Shown here: positions 50,474-60,426 of the stretch, piece by piece | How positions within the stretch are numbered: the stretch's first letter is position 1 | Layout of the letters: every line of letters begins with the position of its first letter | From: an uncultured Bacteroidota bacterium | GTDB lineage: Bacteria; Bacteroidota; Bacteroidia; Cytophagales; Cyclobacteriaceae | Length of the DNA: 64,000 bases | Assembly (NCBI GenBank): GCA_963714945.1 | Contig: CAVQQL010000025.1 | Coordinates: forward strand, 21,188-85,187 | Direction of reading: 5' to 3' | The notes under the pieces: model-generated | Seen by the model: the letters and a program-made list of their open reading frames with translations, nothing else | Database searches by the model: none | What the model was told of the DNA's origin: nothing | Position numbers and translations under genes: made by a program

Positions 50474-51358
50474 ATGCTTCAGGACGTTCCTTCCCATGTG
50501 CAACGCGGCGTTACGTCGCTGATTGTGCAAATCAGGATATTCGGTTGTTAGATTTCACTTTTTTGCAGGGTGGTTGTATTAATCATGGCGGAAGACTTCG
50601 GACTACGGCCGGCGACTATTTTCTAAAATGGAATGACGCGCAAAGGTTTCCTTCCATGTTCGCAACGGAGGCAACTGGACTACAATTGCTTAGGGACACA
50701 AACACAATTGGTATTCCGAAAGTGTTCGGTTTTGGAGAGGAGGGTGCATTCCAGTTTCTACTCCTCGCCTTTATTGAACAAACGACTCCTTCAAGACATT
50801 ATTGGGAAAAGTTGGGTAGGCACCTGGCGTTGCTTCACCAGGTGCGGGCAGACGTCAATGGGCTAGACCACGATAATTATATGGGTGCCCTCAAGCAATT
50901 CAATCAACGAGACGTTTCCTGGACTGAGTTTTTTATAGCGAGACGCTTAACTGTGCAAGTGGAACTTGCAGCGCGAGCAGGTTTGGTTGGGGTTCCGTTA
51001 ATAAATAGTTTTGAAAAGCTCTACAACAAACTTCCTTCGCTACTTCCGGAAGAAAAACCTTCGCTATTGCACGGTGACTTGTGGGGCGGCAATGTTATGA
51101 GTGATCAAAGTGGTGATCCCGACGCTTATAGATCCAGCGGTATATTATGGTAGTCGGGAAATTGATTTGGCTGCGACTCGCCTGTTTGGCGAATTTGATG
51201 GTGCGTTTTACGGCGCTTATGCCGAGGTTTTTCCACTGTATCCTGGCCATGTTGAAAGGATTGATCTTTATAATCTTTATCCGTGGCTTGTTCACCTGAA
51301 CCTGTTTGGATCTTCCTACCTGCCCAACATCAAGGCAATACTCAAGCGATTTATTTGA
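50474..51358 (+). CDS. Fructosamine kinase family protein; frameshifts near 50525 and 51120
   Basis: GGCIN, YFLK, F..EA.GL, LGR.LA.LH, PSLLHGDLWGGN; after the shift LIDPAVYYG.REIDLA..LFG, LVHLNLFG. Confidence 0.88.
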
Positions 51359-51491
51359 ACCCCTCGGTAATCACTGAATACAGGTATTTTGGTGTGGATT
51401 GGAATAATTTCATGAACTGGAAGTTGAACAAAAAGGAATAGATTGATAAGTTTGTTTATTGGTTAGATAATCTTAAGAAATAAAACGAACT

Positions 51492-52057
51492 ATGAAAACT
51501 CGCGTCATAAAAGTACTTTCAATAGTTGTGGTAGGCTTAAGCACAACTTTGTTTTCCACCTGTGATACCGTTAAAGGGTTGGATGATGTAACTTTCAACA
51601 CAACGTTAGAAGGGACAATTAATGTCTCGGCAGAAGGAGAAGGAACGAATGTTCCTTATGAAGATGTAATTACGCTCGATGCCACAACCGATCCGGACAT
51701 AAATGATATATTGATAAGATTAAGGGGTTTACGATAAAATCCATACGCTACGAGATTTCTTCATATGATGGGCCCTGCAGGCGCTACATTTTCGGGAACC
51801 TTGTCCTTTGGGGAGGCTTTTCAGTCAACGCCTACAGTTGCCGTAACAATTACGGACTTTGATTTGGAACTAGCTTATACCTCCGGTCGACTGTATGATC
51901 TGACTTTTAGCCAGTCGGATATCAATCAAAATTCAGAGACTTATTAGTAAATGATAAAGCAGTTAATATTTACCTTGAAGGAACGCTTTCTGAAACACCG
52001 TTGTATTGCACGATCATAATATACTTAGACGTGGACGTGACAGCCGACGCGCTTTGA
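51492..52057 (+). CDS. Hypothetical lipoprotein; about three frameshifts (near 51705, 51770, 51930)
   Basis: FSTC lipobox; fragments join into one beta-rich protein ending ..IYLDVDVTADAL. Confidence 0.55.
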
Positions 52058-52089
52058 AATCATAATCCTTGATGGGCCTTGATAAAGTG

Positions 52090-53087
52090 TCATGCCTCTG
52101 GCCTGCCGGAGGCATTTTCGTTTATTAGCGCTTTTATGATTTGTGTCGCATGCACTCTGGAATTTTCAATGAACCATTTGTTGGTTTTTAATCCCCCGCA
52201 CATTACTCCGGCGAGATATAAATTGCCGACGTTTGTTTCCATCGTGTCTTCATTGTACACCGGCGTGTGAAATTCGTCATCTCTGAATTTTATTCCACAG
52301 TGCTTCCATAAATTCAAATGGTGGCTGATACCCTGTCATCGCAAGAACGAAATCATTTGGTAGGGTAGAGCTCTTCGTGGGGCGTTTTTATAGTCACGGT
52401 TTTATCGTCAATCCGTACTAACGCTGAATTAAAATAGGCCTTGATGGAACCCTCTTTTATCCGGTTTTCAATGTCAGGTTTTACCCAATATTTTACAGTT
52501 TCGCTAATCGCCGGCTCACGAATAACCATGGTGACAACTGCTCCTTTACGATATGTTTCAAGGGCCACATCTACAGCGGAATTCGAAGCACCGACAACAA
52601 CAATATTTTGGCCAAAATATGGATGAGGCTCGTCATAATAGTGCTTCACTTTTGGCAAATGTTCACCCGCAACATGCAATAGGTAAGGAAGATCGTAAAA
52701 TCCCAAAGCAAGGATAACGGCATCACCTTTATAGACGCCTTCAGCTGTCTCAACCGCATGAATCCCGTTGCTAGACTTAATTGCGTCGACTTTTTCGTAC
52801 AATCGAACGTTCAGGTCCCAGCTAAGGCAGACACGCCTGTAATACTCCAGTGCCTCTGCCCGATTTGGTTTTCCGCCGTGAGAAATAAATGGGACTCCGC
52901 CAATCTCGAGACGATCTGATGTCGAGAAGAAAGTCATGTTAAGCGGGTAGTGGTATAGCGAATTAACCAGACAACCCTTCTCTATGATGACGTAACGAAG
53001 TCCTGCGTTTTTAGCTTCAATTCCGCAGGCCAAACCAATAGGGCCAGCGCCGATAATAATAAGGTCATATTCAGCACTAGGATTCAT
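52090..53087 (-). CDS. ypdA: YpdA-family putative bacillithiol disulfide reductase; frameshifts near 52368 and 52307
   Basis: IIGAGPIGL, EKGCLVNSLY.YP..MTFFST..RLEIG, YWVKPDIENRI; rejoined NDFVLAMTGY, YLAGV.CGG..T.KWFIENSR.H. Confidence 0.88.
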
Positions 53088-53163
53088 AGATAATTTGTTA
53101 TTTTAGTCTGCCACTTCAGTCCCTACCCTTGCACAGCCATTAGAAAACATTAAGTAACGAAAC

Positions 53164-55568
53164 GTGTTCCGCAATAATTTCACAGTAGCATTACGAAGCC
53201 TTCTCAAAAATAGGGTTTATTCTATCATCAATGTAGTAGGTCTTAGCATTGGTATCGCTGTTTTTTTGCTCATCTTTCTTTTCATTGAATTTGAAAGGAG
53301 TTTTGATCAATTTCATGTAAATAAGGAAAGAATTTTCAGAGTTCAGCAAGATCGGTTAAACCAAAGCGAATTGACGGAGCACACCGTGGCCGCGTGCTTT
53401 GGCGCCGGGCCCGCGTTGGAGGACGACTTTCCTGAGGTTCGCAGTTTTGTTCGCATAAGCACAACCGCGCCAATCCTTCAATTTAATGGTCAGGGTTACA
53501 AAGAAGAGCGGGCTTGTTTTGCCAGTGAAACGTTTTTTAGAATCTTCACCTTTAAACTTAACCGTGGTGTGGATTCGCTCGTGCTTAAAAATCCTTATAC
53601 TGCGGTAGTCTCAGAATCGCTTGCAAAAAGGATATTTAAGGAGGAGGATCCGGTAGGCAAAGTACTGAGCTATAGAGGAGCATACGACATCGAAATTACG
53701 GGCGTCTTTGAAGACATGCCACAGAATAGTCATATGCACTTTGACCTTATTATTTCATTCTCCACTTTTGAGAAACGTGTTGACAGGACGCGTGTTAGAC
53801 TATCCATGGCGCTACGACGGATATCATACGTACATCCTGTTGAAGGAGAGCACAGACTTTAAAAAGGTAGATGAAAAACTCTCCACGATTATTGACGCTC
53901 ATACTGGTGAATGGCTGTCTCGAACGCGCCAGCAAATGAGTTGGCATTTGCAGCCATTAGATCAAATACACTTGTATTCAAACTTTGATGACGAATTCGA
54001 GCCGAATGGTGATTATAAGAATATCGTGTATCTCACGATTATCGCAGTCTTCATCATCGTCATTGCATGGTTTAATTACATAAGTTTAGCAACGGCAAAG
54101 TCATTGGAGCGGGCTAAAGAAGTTGGCATTCGTAAAGTGTTAGGAAGCTATAGAATTCAGCTAGTCGGGCAATTTTTAGCGGAGTCATTTGTATTAAATC
54201 TCGTGGCCGCATGCGTGGGCGTGTTGCTTGTTTACTTGTCGCTCCCATATTTTAATGGACTGACGGGAAGGCATGTAATGTTATCTTTGTTTGATTCAAG
54301 ATTTTGGTTCCTCATTTTGTTCGCTGTTGTTGTGGGGAGTTTGGGGGCTGGGGTATATCCTGCTTTTGTTTTATCTTCATTCAAACCGGTGCTTACCTTG
54401 AAAGGTAGATTTATTGGATCTGCTTCTGGACGGTTGGTGCGTAAAGGAATGGTGCTGGTGCCTTTCATTACCACAATGATAATGGTGAGTTGTTTGCTTA
54501 TTATTTATGAGCAGATTTCATTTTTGCGCGACAAGCAATTGGGATTTGATCTTAAGCAAAAGCTTGTTGTGCGCGATTCGGAAGTGTACGATTCCCTGTA
54601 CGCTTCAAGGCTTGAGACTTTCAAAAGTGAATTAAGTCGAATCCCCGGTGTTAATACAAGCACATACATTAGTGTTGTGCCGGGCGAACCGATCATATAT
54701 TCGGCAAACAGTGTGCGTAGGATAAAAGCTGATGCGGCGGATGTGAGCCTTTACAAGCGCATATGGGTCGATGAGAATTTCGTGAAAGTGTTTGGATTGA
54801 CATTGTTGGCTGGCCGTAATTTCACGCCCAAGAGTATACCTCGGAAATCAGTACTCATTAATGAGCTTGCAGCGGAGACGCTTGGTTATCAAAAAGCCAT
54901 CAGACGCAGTTGATGAGAAAATCATTTTTATGGATGATACCGCAACCGTAATGGGTGTTGTGAATAACTTCTATCATGAGTCACCCAAGGACGCCATGAC
55001 ACCGGTCGTCTACGGCTTTCGACCGGATGGTGGAATGTATTACCTTATCCCTGTGCAGACTGCTGAGGTTCAAGATATTGTAAAAAAGGTTGAAAGTCTT
55101 TTTGTACAAATATTTCCAGGTCAGCCTTTCCATTATTTTTTTCTGGATGAACGGTATAACAATCAATACAAGCTGGACATCCAGTTTGGCAAAGTGATAG
55201 GGTTTTTATCCACATTGCTGATCGTCGTTACCGGATTGGGGTTATTCAGTTTATCGGCATATACAGCCGCTGTAAGAACCAAGGAAATTGGCATTCGAAA
55301 AGTCTTGGGCGCGACGGAAGGACGTATTGTGTTGATGCTATCCAGAGAGTACCTGATGCTTATACTTATTGCAGCAATCGTTGCTATCCCTTGCTCATGG
55401 TATACGATGAACCTATGGCTCGACTCATTTGTAAACAAGATTCAGATTAACCTTTGGATGTTTCTTGGGCCAGCGATCTTCATCGGTATTATTACCTTAA
55501 CCACGATAAGCTTTCAAACCATCAAGGCAGCAGTTTCCGATCCTGTGGATACCTTACGGCACGAATAG
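53164..55568 (+). CDS. ABC transporter permease (duplicated MacB-PCD/FtsX); frameshifts near 53785 and 54895
   Basis: MFRNN..ALR.L.KN..YS.IN..GL, LQPL..IHL, RAKEVGIRKVLG, RTKEIGIRKVLGA, KAA..DPV.TLRHE. Confidence 0.9.
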
Positions 55569-55660
55569 AAATTCATTTCATAATCTTGGACAGTTGCCGT
55601 GTAGCCGAATGTTTTATCACGATGCCGCTGTAAATCCTACGGTAAATCCCAAAATCACTT

Positions 55661-55668
55661 TACCTTTG
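55661..55668 (+). promoter_or_regulatory. -7 element (TACCTTTG) for gltX
   Basis: TAnnTTTG match 25 nt upstream of the gltX ATG. Confidence 0.65.
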
Positions 55669-55693
55669 CATTCTAAAATATCAACGAAAAGGA

Positions 55694-57229
55694 ATGAGAG
55701 AACTTCGCGTACGGTTCGCACCTAGTCCTACAGGCGCCTTGCATATTGGTGGTGTGCGTACGGCTTTATTTAATTATTTGCTTGCCCGGCAGCATAATGG
55801 AACAATGATTCTTCGTATTGAGGATACCGACCAGGCCAGGTACGTACCTGGTGCAGAAGAATATATTTTGAAATCGCTTCAATGGGTCGGCATTAAGATC
55901 GATGAGGGCGTCGGTGTCGGTGGCCCGCATGCGCCCTATCGACAATCCGAGCGTAAGCCAATGTATATGCAATATGCGCAAAAGTTGGTGGAAGAGGGGA
56001 ATGCCTATTATGCATTTGACACCGAGCAGGAGCTGGATATCATGCGTGAGAGACTTAAAGCTGCTGGCGTCGCCTCCCCACAATACAATGGAATCACACG
56101 AATGCAAATGAGAAATTCGCTCACCCTTCCTGAAGATGAGGTGCGGTCATTGTTACAATCGGGGACACCACACGTAGTGCGATTAAAAGTGCCTCGCAAA
56201 GAGGAAGTCAGGTTGAATGATATGATTCGAGGGTGGGTGATGGTCCACTCGTCTCAAATTGATGACAAGGTTTTGATGAAAAGTGATGGCATGCCAACCT
56301 ATCATCTGGCCAATGTGGTAGATGACTACCTGATGAATATCTCACATGTCATTCGAGGTGAGGAGTGGCTGCCGTCAGCGCCGTTGCATGTTTTGCTTTA
56401 CAAATTCCTGGGTTGGGAGGTGAACATGCCTCAATTTGCACACTTGCCGTTGCTGCTGAAGCCAACCGGCGATGGGAAGCTGAGCAAACGCGATGCAGAC
56501 CAAATGGGGTTCCCAATATTTCCGCTGGATTGGACTGATCCGACTTCAAAGGAAAAAGCTCCTGGATTTCGGGAATCGGGTTACCTCCCTGAAGCAGTGG
56601 TAAATTTTTTAGCTTTCCTTGGATGGAACCCTGGAACCACCCAGGAGATTTTTTCAATGGACGAATTGATCAAAGCATTTTCTGTTGAGCGTATCGGCAA
56701 AGCAGGAATAAAATTCGACATCCACAAAGCACAGTGGTTTAATCAACAGTACCTACGCGCCAAGCCCAACGAAGAACTTGCCGGTTACTTGTTACGGGAC
56801 CTGAAGGATAAGAACATTGCGTGCTCGCAGGAAAAGGCGACTAAGGCTGTCTCGGTAATTAAGGAGCGCGTTACTTTTCCCCATGATTTTTGGGAACAAG
56901 GTAGATTTCTATTCGAAGCACCCACTTCATTTGATGAGAGTATCGCCAATAAACGGTGGAATAATGATGCGATATTAGTGCTTAACGCCTATAAACTTGA
57001 AGTTAATAAACTCCCATCGCTCGACGCAGTTCATGCGAAATCAACGTTAGAGCAGGTAACAGCCGGGCTGGGTATTGCCACTGGCAAAATCTTGCAGGCG
57101 TTAAGATTGTCAATCACAGGAATTGGCGTCGGTCCTGACCTCATGATGATCATGGAAATTATTGGCAAAGACGAGGTGGTAAACAGAATTGAGTTTGCCC
57201 TCCAAAAACTTGCCGTGAAGGTGGCTTAG
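55694..57229 (+). CDS. gltX: Glutamate--tRNA ligase
   Basis: RVRFAPSPTG.LHIGG (HIGH), LRIEDTD, SHVIRGEEWL, KLSKR (KMSKS). Confidence 0.98.
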   Translation: MRELRVRFAPSPTGALHIGGVRTALFNYLLARQHNGTMILRIEDTDQARYVPGAEEYILKSLQWVGIKIDEGVGVGGPHAPYRQSERKPMYMQYAQKLVEEGNAYYAFDTEQELDIMRERLKAAGVASPQYNGITRMQMRNSLTLPEDEVRSLLQSGTPHVVRLKVPRKEEVRLNDMIRGWVMVHSSQIDDKVLMKSDGMPTYHLANVVDDYLMNISHVIRGEEWLPSAPLHVLLYKFLGWEVNMPQFAHLPLLLKPTGDGKLSKRDADQMGFPIFPLDWTDPTSKEKAPGFRESGYLPEAVVNFLAFLGWNPGTTQEIFSMDELIKAFSVERIGKAGIKFDIHKAQWFNQQYLRAKPNEELAGYLLRDLKDKNIACSQEKATKAVSVIKERVTFPHDFWEQGRFLFEAPTSFDESIANKRWNNDAILVLNAYKLEVNKLPSLDAVHAKSTLEQVTAGLGIATGKILQALRLSITGIGVGPDLMMIMEIIGKDEVVNRIEFALQKLAVKVA

Positions 57230-57301
57230 AATGTCTTTTGTTCGCAAAAATCATGTCTAATTTTGTGTGGGATAACATAGCAAGGATGTGTAAATTTGAC
57301 T

Positions 57302-57520
57302 ATGGCAAAAAGGAGCAAAAAGATTACAAAGAAACCGAAGCCGCGTGTTCATAAAGACCTGCAGGGTCTCGATATTACCATTGATCAGTTTGGTGAGATC
57401 AAGGCGAATATGAATATCGAGAGACTTAACGAATTTCTGGATAAGAATGTGGATGACAAGAAACTTGCTGAGCGCGACGATTACGACGACCTGAAAAAGG
57501 GTGAACAAAAGAAAAAGTAG
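57302..57520 (+). CDS. Small hypothetical protein
   Basis: Basic N-term followed by KPRVHKDL.GLDI.IDQFGEI..N..I..LNEFLDKNVDDKKL; plausible compact domain. Confidence 0.7.
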   Translation: MAKRSKKITKKPKPRVHKDLQGLDITIDQFGEIKANMNIERLNEFLDKNVDDKKLAERDDYDDLKKGEQKKK

Positions 57521-57614
57521 TTCTCTTTCGCCCAAGATGCCATTACCAGGAATCTGATCAGCAACGAGACTGCTGCTTTTGCCGTTATTAAGTATCAAAC
57601 TTAACGAACAACCA

Positions 57615-58388
57615 ATGGCAACATCGCACGAAATAGACTACGAAATCAAGGGTGAAAGCATCCAAATTGTGGAGGTGGAACTCGATCCGTCAGAGACTGT
57701 AATTGCGGAAGCGGGGGCAATGTTGTTTATGGAAGATGGGATACAGTTTGAAACCAAGATGGGCGATGGGTCCAATCCAAGCCAGGGTTTATTCGATAAA
57801 TTGCTTTCAGCGGGTTCGCGTGTCCTTACGGGTGAGTCGCTGTTTATGACACATTTCACCAATCGTGGTAGGGTCAAAGCGAAAGTGGGATTTTCTGCGC
57901 CCTACCCGGGTACTGTGATCCCAGTAGACTTAGCGCAAAGCCCTGGAAATGAATTGATTGTGCAAAAAGACGGATTTCTCTGCGCGGCTTATGGAACCAA
58001 ACTCGCCATCACTTTTAATCGCAATATTGGCGCAGGCTTAGTAGGTGGCGAGGGTTTTATTCTTCAAAAACTTAGCGGGCATGGGAAAGTCTTCGTGCAT
58101 GCTGGGGGTACAGTAATTGAGCGCACCCTGAATAATGAGACGCTGCGTGTTGACACCGGCTGCATCGTTGCATTTGAGTCACAAATTGACTTTGACATAC
58201 AGTCATCTGGCGGATTGCGTTCCATGGTATTTGGTGGGGAAGGTATTTTCCTTGCGACACTTCGTGGTACCGGAAGAATCTGGCTGCAATCCATGCCGAT
58301 ACGTAAGCTTGTACAAGCTCTTGCTCCCTACGGCCGCAATAGTAAAAAAGAGGCCAGTTCTTTATTGGGTGGACTGTTTGAGCGTTAA
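57615..58388 (+). CDS. TIGR00266 / AIM24 family protein
   Basis: [51 protein letters not shown]. Confidence 0.93.
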   Translation: MATSHEIDYEIKGESIQIVEVELDPSETVIAEAGAMLFMEDGIQFETKMGDGSNPSQGLFDKLLSAGSRVLTGESLFMTHFTNRGRVKAKVGFSAPYPGTVIPVDLAQSPGNELIVQKDGFLCAAYGTKLAITFNRNIGAGLVGGEGFILQKLSGHGKVFVHAGGTVIERTLNNETLRVDTGCIVAFESQIDFDIQSSGGLRSMVFGGEGIFLATLRGTGRIWLQSMPIRKLVQALAPYGRNSKKEASSLLGGLFER

Positions 58389-58543
58389 CTTCACAGAGCA
58401 GTCACCTGCATTACACGCATCTTTTGGTTTTAACCACGGCAGATCAAATTGGTGATCAGGAGCGTATTGTGTGGGGTTTGTTCATGCAATGACGATCTGA
58501 GTATTGCCCGGTGGATGTTAGCTTTATTACTTTCATTAATTAT

Positions 58544-59765
58544 ATGCAACGCATAAAGGTTGGTTTAATACGAGAAGGAAAGAAGCCTGCTGATAAGCGC
58601 GTTCCCTTTACGCCGCTGCAGGTTGAGGAAATATTACAACGCTATCCACAAATCAAAGTATGCTGTCAGAAAAGTAGCTTCAGATGTTTCGAGGACAGGG
58701 AATACCAATTACTGGACATTGAAGTTGTCGAAGACGTGAGCGATTGCGATATCCTGATGGGTATTAAGGAGGTGCCGGTATCAGAATTGATTGCAGGGTA
58801 AGACCTATATGTTTTTCTCTCACACCACCAAGATGCAACCTTACAACAAAAAATTGTTGCAGGCTATTCTTAAAAAGAAAATCAGACTAATTGATTACGA
58901 AGCATTGAAGGACAAGCAGGGTAACCGGCTCGTTGCGTTTGGAAGGTATGCAGGGATTGTTGGTGCCTACAATTCACTGTGGACCTATGGAAAACGTTTT
59001 GGGGGATACTCCTTACGGCGGGCATTTGATTGCTTTGATGTCAACGATTTGAAACTTGAATTGCGTAAGGTGAAACTTGCTCCTATAAAGATCATTCTTA
59101 CTGGAGCGGGACGGGTTGGAAAAGGGGCGATGGAGACTTTGGATACGGCAGGGATTCGAAAAGTAAAGACTGTCGATTTTCTTACACGGGAATTCAATGA
59201 ACCAGTTTATGTTCAACTGAGCAGTGCGGATTATCATAAGCGGAGAGAAGGAGGACATTTCAATCGTGAAGAGTTTCATCAATTTCCAGATCGCTATGAT
59301 GCTCATTTTACGGATTTTGCAAAAGTATCAGATATCTTAATCGCCGGTGCTTTTTGGAACCCAATCGCCCCGGTGCTATTTACCCGGCAACAAATGATTG
59401 GACCTGATTTCAAAATCAAGATTGTGGCAGATATTACCTGTGACATTGAGGGCTCAATTCCTTGTACTAAAGTGCCAAGCACCATTCCGGATCCGATATA
59501 TGATTATGATCCTATTACGGATTCTGTGATGCCACCACTAGCAGATAAGAATTTTGTCACCGTGATGGCGGTAGACAACTTACCTTGTGAATTGCCGCGA
59601 AGTTCTTCAGAAGAATTTGGGAGAGACCTGATCGATCGGATTTTGAAGCCCCTGCTTACTGACGATCCTGAGGGAATTATTGAGCACGGCACACTGGCGG
59701 CGGATGGAAGGCTCACCCAAGATTTCTTATACCTTTCCGACTATGTTAAGGCAGATGTAGTTTAA
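58544..59765 (+). CDS. Saccharopine dehydrogenase / lysine-ketoglutarate reductase-like (AlaDh/PNT fold); +1 frameshift near 58797
   Basis: REGK.P.DKRVPFTP, GIKEVP, FFSHTTK.Q..N, IDYE, RLVAFG.YAG, GAGRVG.GA, ADITCD, AVDNLPCELP..SS.EFG. Confidence 0.85.
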
Positions 59766-60187
59766 AAAATCCCACGTTGCCTGGGAAAAACCAACTTTAG
59801 ACCTCTTTTATTTTTGCCTGCAATATCTAGAAATAACAGTGAGCCGCGGAGGTTCCCTTGAATGTCCCAATAGTAAAACCTTCCAATCTTTCCCTGGTTA
59901 TAGGATTGTGTCGTCATTGAACCCATCCAAAATGAATCACCCATGAAGGCGTTCGTATTTATGGGTAAATGCATGTACGGCCTTGCAGGTCTGTACGTTA
60001 ATTGCTTGTCGTGAGAAAGCCCGGGGAGCGTCCATGTTTTTGACGCGCAATTGTCCTGATCGTTGAAATTCGCCAAAGAATAATCTACTGACGTTTCATT
60101 TTTAGAAATACGAACTTGCCCGAGTGATGTCAATGGAAACAGCAGGCTAAACAAAATCGCGAATGAAAAGGACCATTTAATTTTCAT
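59762..60187 (-). CDS. Hypothetical secreted protein
   Basis: Signal peptide, 141 aa, converges on and overlaps the upstream gene's stop. Confidence 0.6.
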   Translation of the reverse strand: MKIKWSFSFAILFSLLFPLTSLGQVRISKNETSVDYSLANFNDQDNCASKTWTLPGLSHDKQLTYRPARPYMHLPINTNAFMGDSFWMGSMTTQSYNQGKIGRFYYWDIQGNLRGSLLFLDIAGKNKRGLKLVFPRQRGIF

Positions 60188-60426
60188 TTCAGTAGGAAGG
60201 TACAGCTTTTTTAAATCATTCTAACAGATTTGTGTCTTGATTTTAATACCATATGCTTAAAGCGTTTGCGAGTCGGACAGATGGCCGGCGTAGACGATAT
60301 TCGGTCGCGCGTGGCTTGTCGGTTTGGGGTATATTTTTGAGTGGGTGGAAGCACATTGTATTTCTTTTTCGTGATTACGCTGTTATAAGATGTATTTATT
60401 TCAACTGCCGGAATCTTAAGAAGCGC

